Part shown: piece by piece, positions 45,704 through 55,264 of the stretch
How the letters are laid out: each line of letters begins with the position of its first letter
Position numbering within the stretch: the stretch's first letter is position 1
Assembly (NCBI GenBank): GCA_048938385.1
Contig: JBHLMG010000007.1
Coordinates: forward strand, 1-64,000
Direction: 5' to 3'
Source of the DNA: Promethearchaeota archaeon
Lineage (GTDB): Archaea; Asgardarchaeota; Hermodarchaeia; Hermodarchaeales; Hermodarchaeaceae
Length of the DNA stretch: 64,000 bases
Position numbers and translations under genes: made by a program
Notes under the pieces: model-generated
Seen by the model: the letters and a program-made list of their open reading frames with translations, nothing else
What the model was told of the DNA's origin: nothing
Databases searched by the model: none

Positions 45704-47420
45704 CTTTGTTGGTGGTTCCATAACTTTGTCAACAACCCCTGAAGGCGCTGGTAACCTCAGTTGGCGTGAAGCCTGGAGAATTGCAGGGCAAATGGCTCGT
45801 GAAATTCAGTTTCGCTCTGCCATTTCCATGAGCCAGGGTGCTGCCTTACAAAATATGGAACAGGTCATTGAACGAGCTCGCAAACAATCCCGATATAATA
45901 AATTCTCAGTAAGCATCTTCATTGGGTTACTCGCGGTAACATTAGGAATAATCGTTTGGGGCACCTTGAGTGGAGAGTTTGGAACTCCCCTTGAACATCG
46001 ATGGATCACAATAGCCTTCACAATATCTTTGTTCAGCTTCTTCGCGTTTGGATTTCTAGTTGTCTGGGGGATGATGGTTTCAACCTCGTTCATTTCAACC
46101 AATGCAGCGGCGCTGGGTCATTATTTACCCGTGTCTCATTCTGATACTGGAAAACTTGCACTTCTTGCCTATATTCGGCTCTTTGATGTGCAAATGTTCA
46201 CGATTATCATTAGCTTTCCTCTCGCATATGGTATTGCCACGATGTCCATTTTAGGAGCTCTTGCCTGTCTCGGTGCGTTCCTTATCAATGTCGGCTTGGC
46301 AATTGCAGTGATGCTCATCCTTGCCCTCTATTTTCATACTCGGTTACAATCGGGTGGGGGATCCCGATTCAGTTCGATCATCCGTTTGGTGTTCACTCTC
46401 CTTTGGGCTGTTGCCTTCATGAGTCTAACCTTAATTTCGCAGCTTCTCTACATCATAGTTCCTTTAGTTGAAAGTGTAGCCATTGGTCTGAGTGCCTACT
46501 GGGGAGTCCTTTATTTTGGTTATCCCTTTTCCTTGGGCACTTTTGTTGTTTTGGCAACTGGTGTGTTGGGTACACCTTCCCTGTTTCTAGGTTATGCTGC
46601 TACTCTCGTCTATGGGCTGTTAGCGGTTCTAGGGGTCCGTTGGGCTAGTCGGTTCCTCCAAAATATTGGTATCGGTGGGATGGCTCAGGTAGGACCTAGC
46701 CAAATCCGACCTGCTGGGGTCAAGATAAGTCAAATCAGTATAGCCCTCCTTCGGAAAGACTTACGTATCGCTACGCGAACACCGGGTCAAGCTATCCTGT
46801 TCTTTCTTCCCGTTATCTCCATGGTGCCCATTTTTCTCCAATTCATCTGGGATACATCGGTGATCCGGGTATCTGATGTCATTATATCAGTTGCTATCCC
46901 TAGTATGATGCTGGGCTTCTTTTCCATCTTCTTTCTGGGTGTTGAAGCTCGAGGAATGGCATATACCATGACGCTGCCGTTGAAAACCGAGCAGATTCTC
47001 CGCTCGAAAGCCCAACTCATCACTTGCATGTCCGTTGCCATTCCAATCGTTGTGCTGGTTGTCTCATATATTAGGTCGTTTACTAATCTCGTTTCCCATG
47101 CCATTGCCGTGTCGCAGATTGCGGTAGTCTATGTTTCAGCTTTCTTATCACTAGTCATCTTTACGCGGGTCGTCGGTGGTGGTAGGTTAATTGGCTTTGA
47201 TGTTGGTCAACACATCACTCAGATGCTACTTGTTGGTCTTCTCAGTGCTATTGTGTCTTTTATTCCCCTCGTCTTTTTCGGTGTCGTGTGGTTTGGAGTA
47301 TCGCTAACAACTGGCTCCCTCAATCTCGCTCATTGGTCTGGGCTAGCAGGGTTGTGGCTCGGCATCCTTCTCAACTATGTATTTGGTCGAATCTTAGCAA
47401 AGCGCTTACTGGTTGACTGA
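45696..47420 (+). CDS. ABC-2 type exporter permease
   Basis: About 12 TM segments, KDLR...R.P motif, overlaps the ATPase stop. Confidence 0.8.
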   Translation: MVNFVGGSITLSTTPEGAGNLSWREAWRIAGQMAREIQFRSAISMSQGAALQNMEQVIERARKQSRYNKFSVSIFIGLLAVTLGIIVWGTLSGEFGTPLEHRWITIAFTISLFSFFAFGFLVVWGMMVSTSFISTNAAALGHYLPVSHSDTGKLALLAYIRLFDVQMFTIIISFPLAYGIATMSILGALACLGAFLINVGLAIAVMLILALYFHTRLQSGGGSRFSSIIRLVFTLLWAVAFMSLTLISQLLYIIVPLVESVAIGLSAYWGVLYFGYPFSLGTFVVLATGVLGTPSLFLGYAATLVYGLLAVLGVRWASRFLQNIGIGGMAQVGPSQIRPAGVKISQISIALLRKDLRIATRTPGQAILFFLPVISMVPIFLQFIWDTSVIRVSDVIISVAIPSMMLGFFSIFFLGVEARGMAYTMTLPLKTEQILRSKAQLITCMSVAIPIVVLVVSYIRSFTNLVSHAIAVSQIAVVYVSAFLSLVIFTRVVGGGRLIGFDVGQHITQMLLVGLLSAIVSFIPLVFFGVVWFGVSLTTGSLNLAHWSGLAGLWLGILLNYVFGRILAKRLLVD

Positions 47421-47501
47421 ACCGTTAAGCTCTCGTGCGTGAATTGTCATCTGTGTCTTTTTTCACACTTTCAGGATCCTGTTTGGCTCAGGGAGCAAGT
47501 T

Positions 47502-48122
47502 TTAGTCGCACAATTTCTGGGCGACCAAGATCAATTGGTCCATGGTTCGATAAAGGGCTTTCAAACCGCGCTTATCCATTTCAGCCCCCTTGGCTCCCTT
47601 ATCCTTGGACCAAAAGGATGCGCCTAGGTTTGCTCCAAACGCACCTCCACCTACTGAGAAGATGTGGTTGATGATGTAAAAGTCATGAATGGTACGGAGA
47701 GTGGGCTCCTGTCCCCCACTCCGATCGCCACCCACAGCAATGCCTGCGCCAACCTTGTTATCGAAGATGTGAATATTTTGGACAAGAATGGCTCGTGTGC
47801 GATCGAAAAGCGTTTTGAGCTGTCCACTGATGTTTCCCTGGTAAACTGGGCTGCCGATGATGTAGGCATCAGCCCATTGTAGCAACTGATAGACTTCCAG
47901 CATGTCGTCTTGAAAGACGCATCCTTTTTTTTGCTGAACGCAGAAATCACAGTGGGTGCAGAATTGTATTTTCTTCTTCGCCACGCTAAAGTATTCAGTT
48001 TCTACATCGTATTTTTCTTCTGCGTAGCGTAATGCTTCCCTGATGGCGTAGTCGGTTGCAGCGGCACGTGGGCTCCCAGAAATTCCTAGGAGTCGAATTG
48101 CCCTTTTACCCATCTCGGTCAC
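47502..48122 (-). CDS. Iron-sulfur flavoprotein (Isf) / flavodoxin-fold
   Basis: GSPR, CxxCxxCx5C, GSPVY, GGQE. Confidence 0.9.
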   Translation of the reverse strand: MTEMGKRAIRLLGISGSPRAAATDYAIREALRYAEEKYDVETEYFSVAKKKIQFCTHCDFCVQQKKGCVFQDDMLEVYQLLQWADAYIIGSPVYQGNISGQLKTLFDRTRAILVQNIHIFDNKVGAGIAVGGDRSGGQEPTLRTIHDFYIINHIFSVGGGAFGANLGASFWSKDKGAKGAEMDKRGLKALYRTMDQLILVAQKLCD

Positions 48123-48249
48123 CGGTTAATTGAATGGAGGTCGGAGATTATGAAGCTTGTGAAACTGCAAAGCTACTTAGGACTCGACCTAGAGATAGGA
48201 TTATCAAACCCCCATGGCGCATAATAAAGACAAAGTGGTGGCTTTTACC

Positions 48250-48801
48250 ATGGTCCTTAAAGTTGCTTGGGCAATCACTGGTGCGGGGGATTACCTTGCT
48301 GATTCTTTTGCGGTCATGAAGCAGGCCACGGAGCAATATGACCTCAAACTCATGGTGTTTCTTTCAAAAGCTGGACTTCAAGTTGTAAAGATGTATAACC
48401 TCGTAAAGGAACTCGAAGTGTTGGATCCCAAATACCATGTGGAAAAAGATGCCAATACGCCTTTCCTCGTAGCTCCTCTCCAACGGCGAAAATATCACCT
48501 CGTCGTCGCGATGCCATTAACCGCTAATTCCACTGCAAAGATCGCCCATGGCATCGCTGATACTCTTGTAACCAACGCCATCGCTCAAGCTCAAAAAACA
48601 GGCGTACCTATCTATGTCTATCCTGTGGATCAGAAACCTGGCCGCGTAACCACTGTCCTTCCTTCTGGTGAAAAACTTACTCTAACCAGCCGACAAATCG
48701 ACTTAGATAATGTCGCAAAACTACGCGCGATGGATGGGTTCTTTGTGCTTGAAAACCCAAAGGAAATCCTAGCCATCTTAGAGTCTTTCCCCCAAGAGTA
48801 G
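48250..48801 (+). CDS. afpA: Archaeoflavoprotein AfpA
   Basis: VAWAITGAG, TANSTAKIAHGIADTL, PVDQ..G...T.LP; no ferredoxin domain. Confidence 0.85.
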   Translation: MVLKVAWAITGAGDYLADSFAVMKQATEQYDLKLMVFLSKAGLQVVKMYNLVKELEVLDPKYHVEKDANTPFLVAPLQRRKYHLVVAMPLTANSTAKIAHGIADTLVTNAIAQAQKTGVPIYVYPVDQKPGRVTTVLPSGEKLTLTSRQIDLDNVAKLRAMDGFFVLENPKEILAILESFPQE

Positions 48802-48898
48802 ATGGAAGCGAAGAGAAACGCTTAAATTCGTGCAAGGGGGAACGCCTCTTATCTGCAAGATATTTTACCATTATAAACTAATCGAGGGGTAATAAGTA

Positions 48899-49966
48899 AT
48901 GCCTAAAATCAAGATTGCACTTGCAGGCATTGGGAACTGTGCCAGTAGCCTCGTTCAAGCCATTCATCATTATGGAAACCCAGAAACAGCAGGCGAAAGT
49001 GCAGGGCTCGCTCATCCTATGCTGGGTCATTATGCGATCAGCGATATCGAAGTAGTCGCTGCCTTCGACATAAATCAGGAGAAGGTTGGCAACAATCTCG
49101 ACGAAGCTATTTTTGCGGCTCCAAACAACGCACCTAAATTCTCAGAGGTTTCTATACCACAGGTGAAGGTTCTACGCGGACCAACCCTCGACGGCCTTCC
49201 ACCTGAACTACGAACCTTGGTTCAAGAAAGTGATGAACCACCTGTTGATGTGGCTACAGCTCTACAAGAAACCGGAGCCCAAATCTTGGTGGGCTTACTT
49301 CCAAGCGGCGCTCAAGAATCTACTTACTTTTACGCAGAAGAAGCGTTGAAAGCCGGCTGCGGCTATGTAAACTCTTCGCCTGTGATCCTGACCTGTAACC
49401 GGGAATGGGCTAATCGCTTCAGAGAAGCCAGGCTTCCTTTAGTTGGTGATGACCTTATGAGCCAATTAGGGGCCACGGCCCTTCATCGAGCCCTGTTAGA
49501 TTTCCTGGTTAAACGAGGCGTGCGAATTGTTGAAAGCTATGCCCTCGATGTCGGAGGGGGAACTGAATCCATCGAATCTCTGCATCGGGCTCGTGATCAG
49601 AAGCGGTCTCTAAAAACTAAAATCGTCTCTGCGGAGGTCCCCTACGAGGTTCCAGTAACTGCAGGGTCTACGGATTATGTCTACTTCATGGGTAACCGTC
49701 GAGAAAGCTACTTTTACCTGAAGGGTCGATACATCGGTGATGCCGACTTTCAAATCGATCTTCGTCTAATCAGCCAAGATGCACCGAATAGTACTTCAAT
49801 TCTTTTGGATGTCATTCGGGGTGTACGAATTGGAATCGATCGGGGGTTCACGGGTCCTATCGATGCTGTCTGCTCTTATGGCTTCAAGGCTCCTCCCCGA
49901 CCCTATCCGCTCTCCTTGAGCGAGGCGATTTTTGAACACTTCATTCGCAGCACTCGTCCAGTTTAA
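48899..49966 (+). CDS. ino1: myo-Inositol-1-phosphate synthase family
   Basis: GIGNCASSLVQ, VAAFD, GDD..SQLGAT..HR, D.PNS, FK.PP. Confidence 0.88.
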   Translation: MPKIKIALAGIGNCASSLVQAIHHYGNPETAGESAGLAHPMLGHYAISDIEVVAAFDINQEKVGNNLDEAIFAAPNNAPKFSEVSIPQVKVLRGPTLDGLPPELRTLVQESDEPPVDVATALQETGAQILVGLLPSGAQESTYFYAEEALKAGCGYVNSSPVILTCNREWANRFREARLPLVGDDLMSQLGATALHRALLDFLVKRGVRIVESYALDVGGGTESIESLHRARDQKRSLKTKIVSAEVPYEVPVTAGSTDYVYFMGNRRESYFYLKGRYIGDADFQIDLRLISQDAPNSTSILLDVIRGVRIGIDRGFTGPIDAVCSYGFKAPPRPYPLSLSEAIFEHFIRSTRPV

Positions 49967-50040
49967 ACACCTAGCTTACCCCGTCATTTTATTAACTACC
50001 AGGTGAAACGACTCTACCTATTGCCAGGTGGTGCAACACA

Positions 50041-50925
50041 GTGCGTATTGGAATAGCAATGAGTCGAGATCGTCCGAATTGGCCAGTCCGACGCTTAACC
50101 CGTGCACTCTCGAACCGAGCCTGCGAAGTGGTCTTGTTTCGTCTAAGGGATCTTTCCATTCATCTTGATGGTGAGAAGATGCGTTTTCTCTTGCCACGCC
50201 GACAACCATTGGATACCAAGGCGATAATTATACGCAGTATCGGAGGGGGCTCCACTGATCAAATCACCAGCCGGATATCGCTTCTTGAAGCTTTAGAGTT
50301 TACAGGAATTCGGGTTTTTAATAGCGCCTACAGTCATCGACGCGCAAAGGACAAGTTAGCGACCCTAGTCTGGCTTACACATCAGGGCGTACCTGTTCCG
50401 AAGACAACGGTCACTGAACGGCTTGCTGTAGCTGTTGCAGCAACAAAGCGTTACGGTGACATTGTCTCTAAACCGCTCCGTGGCTCCCAAGGACAAGGAA
50501 TTTTTCGACTCCAAGATCCAGATCTTGCCTTTCGCATTTTTAAAATCCTCCAGACTGCTCATCAAACCATGTTCGTTCAACAATACATTGAGACTCCTGG
50601 TCGAGACATCAGGGTCTTTGTCGTCGGCGATCAGGTGATTGGAGCCATGTATCGGTATGCAAGGCCTGGTAAATGGAAAACTAATGTGGCCCGGGGAGGT
50701 AAACCCCAGCTGTGCCCTTTGACAGTAGAGCTCGAAACCCTCGCATTGAAAGCTAGTCAGGCAATGAAAATGGACTTTGCAGGCATTGATATTTTAGAAG
50801 ATGGGAACCGATTGGTAGTCAGTGAGGTGAACTCAGCACCCAATTGGAGTGGATTGCAAAAGGCTACTGGGGTGGATGCGGCGGAACAAATCGTGGACTA
50901 CCTGTTAAGAGAAATTAAAGCATAA
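50041..50925 (+). CDS. RimK-family ATP-grasp alpha-L-glutamate ligase (MptN/CofF/LysX-like)
   Basis: DK, P.PKT, KP..GSQG.G, DIRVFV, WKTNVARGG, EVN..P. Confidence 0.9.
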   Translation: MRIGIAMSRDRPNWPVRRLTRALSNRACEVVLFRLRDLSIHLDGEKMRFLLPRRQPLDTKAIIIRSIGGGSTDQITSRISLLEALEFTGIRVFNSAYSHRRAKDKLATLVWLTHQGVPVPKTTVTERLAVAVAATKRYGDIVSKPLRGSQGQGIFRLQDPDLAFRIFKILQTAHQTMFVQQYIETPGRDIRVFVVGDQVIGAMYRYARPGKWKTNVARGGKPQLCPLTVELETLALKASQAMKMDFAGIDILEDGNRLVVSEVNSAPNWSGLQKATGVDAAEQIVDYLLREIKA

Positions 50926-50931
50926 ACCTCA

Positions 50932-50982
50932 GAAAAAAGGGAAAGGAGGGAGGGCAATACGCCGAGGTATTACAACTCCCTC
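50932..50982 (-). terminator. Hairpin followed by a U-tract on the minus strand
   Basis: GAGGGAG(50946)/CTCCCTC(50976) stem with inner AATAC/GTATT, then TTTCCCTTTTTT on the minus strand. Confidence 0.5.
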
Positions 50983-50999
50983 GAAGGCTTTCTTAAGTT

Positions 51000-51038
51000 T
51001 TAGAAAGGGTCAATGGGACCCCATTCGCTCGGATTCAT
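51000..51038 (-). CDS. Candidate 12-aa micropeptide MNPSEWGPIDPF
   Basis: GAGGA SD upstream of the ATG, TATA-like CTTAAAAA at 51105-51112, terminator downstream. Confidence 0.3.
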   Translation of the reverse strand: MNPSEWGPIDPF

Positions 51039-51454
51039 GCTATTCCTCGCCTTAAATGGTGGATGGGGTTTGTTGTGTCCGGTAACCGCCTGGAATTTGT
51101 GGGGTTTTTAAGCGTTATGCGCAGCAGACTATCTTTCAGGGGGGAAAAATAGGCTCTTAGACCTATTTGGAGGGCGTTCTTGCTCGAGGTAGAGGCACCG
51201 CTAGTTGTTGATCTGTCCTAAAGTGTAGTAATGAGAAATTTATTCAGATTAAAAATTGTGCTGGTGAATTAACTCTCAAGAATCGGTGTATTCACCTATT
51301 TCAGTTCTTAGCTACTAATCATGAAATTCACACACATACTGCACATGGTCCCTCGTCTTATTTTTTACAGCTCTCACAGAATGGCGCTTCATGAATCACT
51401 TTCACATTTTCTCTCCCAAGCCCTTAAAAGAGTATCAAATGACGCTGAAAATTT

Positions 51455-51590
51455 GATGGAGCGAGAACTTGCAGACACGAAGCGTCTCACAGTATCTCTG
51501 CCACCAGATGTGCCAGCGGCTCAAAGGGAGCGTGGTCGATCTGGTGGGAAGACTGTCCTCACGACTGGTCTGCTTTGCTCTCGCTGATAA
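51455..51590 (+). ncRNA. Long rod-like structured 5' leader or ncRNA upstream of the GH3 gene
   Basis: Nested pairs AGCGAGA/TCTCGCT, GCAGAC/GTCTGC, ACAGT/ACTGT, CCACCAGAT/ATCTGGTGG and GCTC/GAGC. TATA-like CTTAAAAG at 51423. Confidence 0.55.
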
Positions 51591-51618
51591 AAAACAGAAA
51601 CAAAAGGAGAGATAAAAC

Positions 51619-53196
51619 ATGATTTGGTCCTTCTTCTCAAAGCTTCTCTATCGAACCAAAGTAAAACCATTCTTAAAGACACTCGATGATCCAATGGCTG
51701 CTCAAGAACAATGTCTTAAGAACCTTCTCACTTACGCTGCTAATACACATTATGGTAAGCGACAGGGATTTTCTGATATCCGAAACTATGAAGAGTTTTC
51801 ACAGCAGGTTCCGATTAACCAGTATAAGGATTTCCAACCTTACATCCAACAAGAGATGAACGGTACTCCTAACCTTCTGTACCCTGAACCCATTAACTCG
51901 GTTATGTCGACAAGTGGTACAACAGGTGAACCGAAACTCGTTCCATACACGGAATCAACCTGGAAGGTGGCTAACCGGTTCCGTCATCGCTATTTTGGCA
52001 GTGGAGGCCATATTCGTCCTTATCTTCACGGTAAGTTACTGACAATTGTTGCACCTGCAGTGTATCGACGGATTGGAAACTGGGATGTTGGTTATGTCTC
52101 GGGGTATGGGTTAAAGAAAAGTGGGAAACTAATGGCTAGCAAATTGGTACCTCACCCCTCTGTCTTTGACCTCGTCGATTGGCACGAGAAATTCCAAGAA
52201 ACGATTCGTCAGGCTGTAGCGTGTGAAAAGGTCACTGCTAGTCTGGGAGCTACCTCTTTTATGATGGCACTGCTCCGCCGTATCAAGTACGAATCCTATG
52301 ATTGGCTCATGCGTGATTCACAGATACCTGAGAAGGTTCGAAGCCGCATTGAAGCTGCACATCTGGGCGACGGCATCATTGACATACAGACATTATGGCC
52401 TGACTATTCACTCTTCTTCCACGCTGCGGTCGTTCGTGACTTATATGAACCTGTTGTACAAGATCTCGCTGGAGATGTCCACATCCATGAATCATATGCA
52501 AGCACCGAGGGTGTTTTTTGCTGCCAACTCTATGAAGACAAACACGGCGTTGTCCCTATGGTCGATGATGTCTTCTTCGAATTCGCCGAGATGCAGGAGG
52601 GTCGGCTTGCACCTGACGCTAAGACAATTCCTCTCAGTGATGTGAAACTGAATACACCATATCGTGTCGTAGTCAGTGGAAAAACCTGTCTCTGGCGATA
52701 TGATCATCAAGATGTCGTCGTCTTTATTGATACTGATCCCCCAACCATGCGATGTCTGGGTAAAAGTAAAAATGTGATCAGTATCAGTGGTGAGAAAGTT
52801 ACCGAAAGTGACCTTGGTCTAGCTCTGCGTACAGCCTGTGAAACGCAGGACGCCTTGTATCAAGAATTCGTCGTTGCCCCCCTCATTACCGAAACCGAAA
52901 GTAGTTACCACATCTTCGTCGAATTCACTAAGCCACCAACTAATATCGAAACCCTCAGTAGCGACATCGACCAGGCTCTCAAGAACCTTAGTGATGCCTA
53001 CCATCTCGTCCGAAATGCAGGAGCGATCTCTAATGTTGTGGTTCATCCCGTGCCTTCAGGTAGCTTTGCAGCCTACGAAAACCAGCGCCTACTATCCGGC
53101 CAAGCCATCGTCGGGCAAACTAAGCCACCACGACTCATCAGCTTCAATGACGCTACCCAGCAACTTCTTCAGGTTCCGGTACTCACTACGAACTAA
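51619..53196 (+). CDS. GH3 family acyl-acid amido synthetase
   Basis: TSGTTG.PK.VP, YASTEG, FFEF, LWRY...D, GEK, Q.KPPR. Confidence 0.9.
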   Translation: MIWSFFSKLLYRTKVKPFLKTLDDPMAAQEQCLKNLLTYAANTHYGKRQGFSDIRNYEEFSQQVPINQYKDFQPYIQQEMNGTPNLLYPEPINSVMSTSGTTGEPKLVPYTESTWKVANRFRHRYFGSGGHIRPYLHGKLLTIVAPAVYRRIGNWDVGYVSGYGLKKSGKLMASKLVPHPSVFDLVDWHEKFQETIRQAVACEKVTASLGATSFMMALLRRIKYESYDWLMRDSQIPEKVRSRIEAAHLGDGIIDIQTLWPDYSLFFHAAVVRDLYEPVVQDLAGDVHIHESYASTEGVFCCQLYEDKHGVVPMVDDVFFEFAEMQEGRLAPDAKTIPLSDVKLNTPYRVVVSGKTCLWRYDHQDVVVFIDTDPPTMRCLGKSKNVISISGEKVTESDLGLALRTACETQDALYQEFVVAPLITETESSYHIFVEFTKPPTNIETLSSDIDQALKNLSDAYHLVRNAGAISNVVVHPVPSGSFAAYENQRLLSGQAIVGQTKPPRLISFNDATQQLLQVPVLTTN

Positions 53197-53280
53197 GACG
53201 CAAAGAGCAAGGATCCTTCTCTTTCTTAGTAGGGATCCTGATCTCTCTTATTTTCGAGTCTTAGAGGGGGTTTCCCAGGT

Positions 53281-53958
53281 TCAACGGTGATATCTCGGTC
53301 GAATCAACAAACCTGCTGTGAGAGTGATCATTCCTATCAGATCGATGAGTTCGGAAACCCAGATGATGCCCATTGCATCAAGTGGGTTTTTCAGCACTTG
53401 TCCTACTAGGGCAATGACGGCACCAATGCTCATTATGAGCCCGTGAACATCTGGAAGCCGTTTTAGGTACCATGCCGTCATGAATGTGATGATGAAGGCT
53501 AGGAAGGCAGTCGCTAAGAAGGGAAGAAGAACAAACCGAACAATTTCAATAGTCATTGAAAGCCAAATGGCTGCGATAGCAGCTAGCGCAAAAATAACAG
53601 TTATTGCGAAACCCATTTTCCTTCGTTCAGATGTCCAAATGAGAACTGAAGCTAAGAGCCAAAGAGAGAGGGTGAACACGGTGAGGCTCACTCGAAGTTG
53701 GTAAAAAGGCAGCGTATATGTTGCAAGTCCGATTGTGTCTGAAGCGAGACCAGAATCGAAGAAAACATCGATAGCTTCTGCCGCGCCGGCAAAGAACATA
53801 CCGATACCAAAGAGAAATGGGATATCGGTGAAAAAGCGGGCTTCAGCACGAAACCACCGATAAAACAATAGTATGCCTATCAGGAACATGGTGATTATTT
53901 TGGCTAATTCAAAAATCCACAAGGGATCAGCGGAGGGAAATGCCATCGTTGGTCGCAT
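53281..53958 (-). CDS. Hypothetical 7-TM membrane protein
   Basis: Seven hydrophobic segments and no soluble domain. Confidence 0.7.
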   Translation of the reverse strand: MRPTMAFPSADPLWIFELAKIITMFLIGILLFYRWFRAEARFFTDIPFLFGIGMFFAGAAEAIDVFFDSGLASDTIGLATYTLPFYQLRVSLTVFTLSLWLLASVLIWTSERRKMGFAITVIFALAAIAAIWLSMTIEIVRFVLLPFLATAFLAFIITFMTAWYLKRLPDVHGLIMSIGAVIALVGQVLKNPLDAMGIIWVSELIDLIGMITLTAGLLIRPRYHR

Positions 53959-54230
53959 CCTTAGGGGGCAATGGTAGCGCTGATATACTGCTCCCTTTCA
54001 GGCATATAAACTACTATCTGCGGATATTTCACAAATATTATAGTACTCTTGGGACCGCTTGCATCCTCCACTCTTTATGCTGTGTTTTTGGTAACTCTCA
54101 TGACGAGTACCCGGCTCAATAACATCTACGCGCTAGATCGACTATTGACGAGTTCAATCTGTTTGTAGACTTCAAAAAGAGCAAGATGCGACTTTGACGA
54201 ACAATACAGTGTGCGTTCTACCTTACCAAT

Positions 54231-55178
54231 TTAGGTTTCGTCTTGTAGAACGCCTGCGGTTATGAGTAATTGACAGAGAAAGGAGTGTGCATCTATAGGG
54301 TTCCGAAAGGCTGTGTGTTTGAGGGGGATGAAACTTTCCCGCAACTGGTCGAATTTCGAATTAAAGGAACCCGGAGCTGATACATTCCCTTTGAGCTGAT
54401 CCAATTCAAAGACTCGGGCACGAGCATGATCAACGATACCGCATAACCCTGCCCAAGTTAGATAATCTGTTTTTCCGAGGGTGTTAATAGCGCGTGCAGC
54501 ATCAATGAGGAGAAATGAGAGGAGCCAAGGGGAAGATGCGGCTTCCGGATATGTGGGTAAAGGAAGTTCGTAAAGGTAGCTCATATAATGATGTACTACT
54601 CCGATCGTAAATCCGCGTTCGATGAGAATATGATCAGCGACATAGGTTCGTAATCTTAGAATCGCTTCAAGCATTATCGAATAGATTGTGGGATCACTGT
54701 CGTCAGGTTCGTGAGGGACAATCGGATCTAATACATAGTCGGGAGTAACGCGAACTGGTTGACAATCTAAATACGAAGGCCAAACCATGCTGGGGGTCGT
54801 ATTTGGCAGATAGTACGGATAGTCATCATAAGCATGAGTGAAAAATTGTGTAAATCCTAAAGGAATTAGGTAATCGAAGTCATGACGACAAGGAGTTTCC
54901 AAAGGGTCTGCTACAAGGACGCAGGTATCGCGGTTAGACCATAACGGCATCCAAGCCATATGAGGCCATAAGGAGTCCTGATCTTCATCTAATGGCAAAG
55001 CAATGATGCGAATTCGTGTATCCGTGGAGAAGGTGTCCTGAATAGTTTTAATCGCAGGCAGGTACTTGATTGTTGCCTCACGATAACCAGTAGTCATTAG
55101 CAGTTGGTCTAGGGCATCATCTCGAAGGCCGTAGCCTTCACTAATTCCATCAAGTGGAAGAAGCGTTGATGGTTCCAT
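54231..55178 (-). CDS. Hypothetical protein
   Basis: 315-aa ORF with no recognised motif. Confidence 0.65.
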   Translation of the reverse strand: MEPSTLLPLDGISEGYGLRDDALDQLLMTTGYREATIKYLPAIKTIQDTFSTDTRIRIIALPLDEDQDSLWPHMAWMPLWSNRDTCVLVADPLETPCRHDFDYLIPLGFTQFFTHAYDDYPYYLPNTTPSMVWPSYLDCQPVRVTPDYVLDPIVPHEPDDSDPTIYSIMLEAILRLRTYVADHILIERGFTIGVVHHYMSYLYELPLPTYPEAASSPWLLSFLLIDAARAINTLGKTDYLTWAGLCGIVDHARARVFELDQLKGNVSAPGSFNSKFDQLRESFIPLKHTAFRNPIDAHSFLCQLLITAGVLQDET

Positions 55179-55264
55179 CGTAGTTCAATTGATTGCCCGT
55201 TTTTTGATGTTTTTATATAGATTGTGGTGGCTAGCAGACAAGTATTTTTTTGGTATTGGGCTAG

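Noticed and set aside
51321-51587. 88-aa ORF
   Set aside because: It spans a TATA box and the hairpin, and has no recognisable features.
51455-51590. SRP RNA or H/ACA guide
   Set aside because: The apical loop only loosely resembles SRP helix 8, there is no Alu domain, and no clear K-turn or pseudouridylation pocket was seen.
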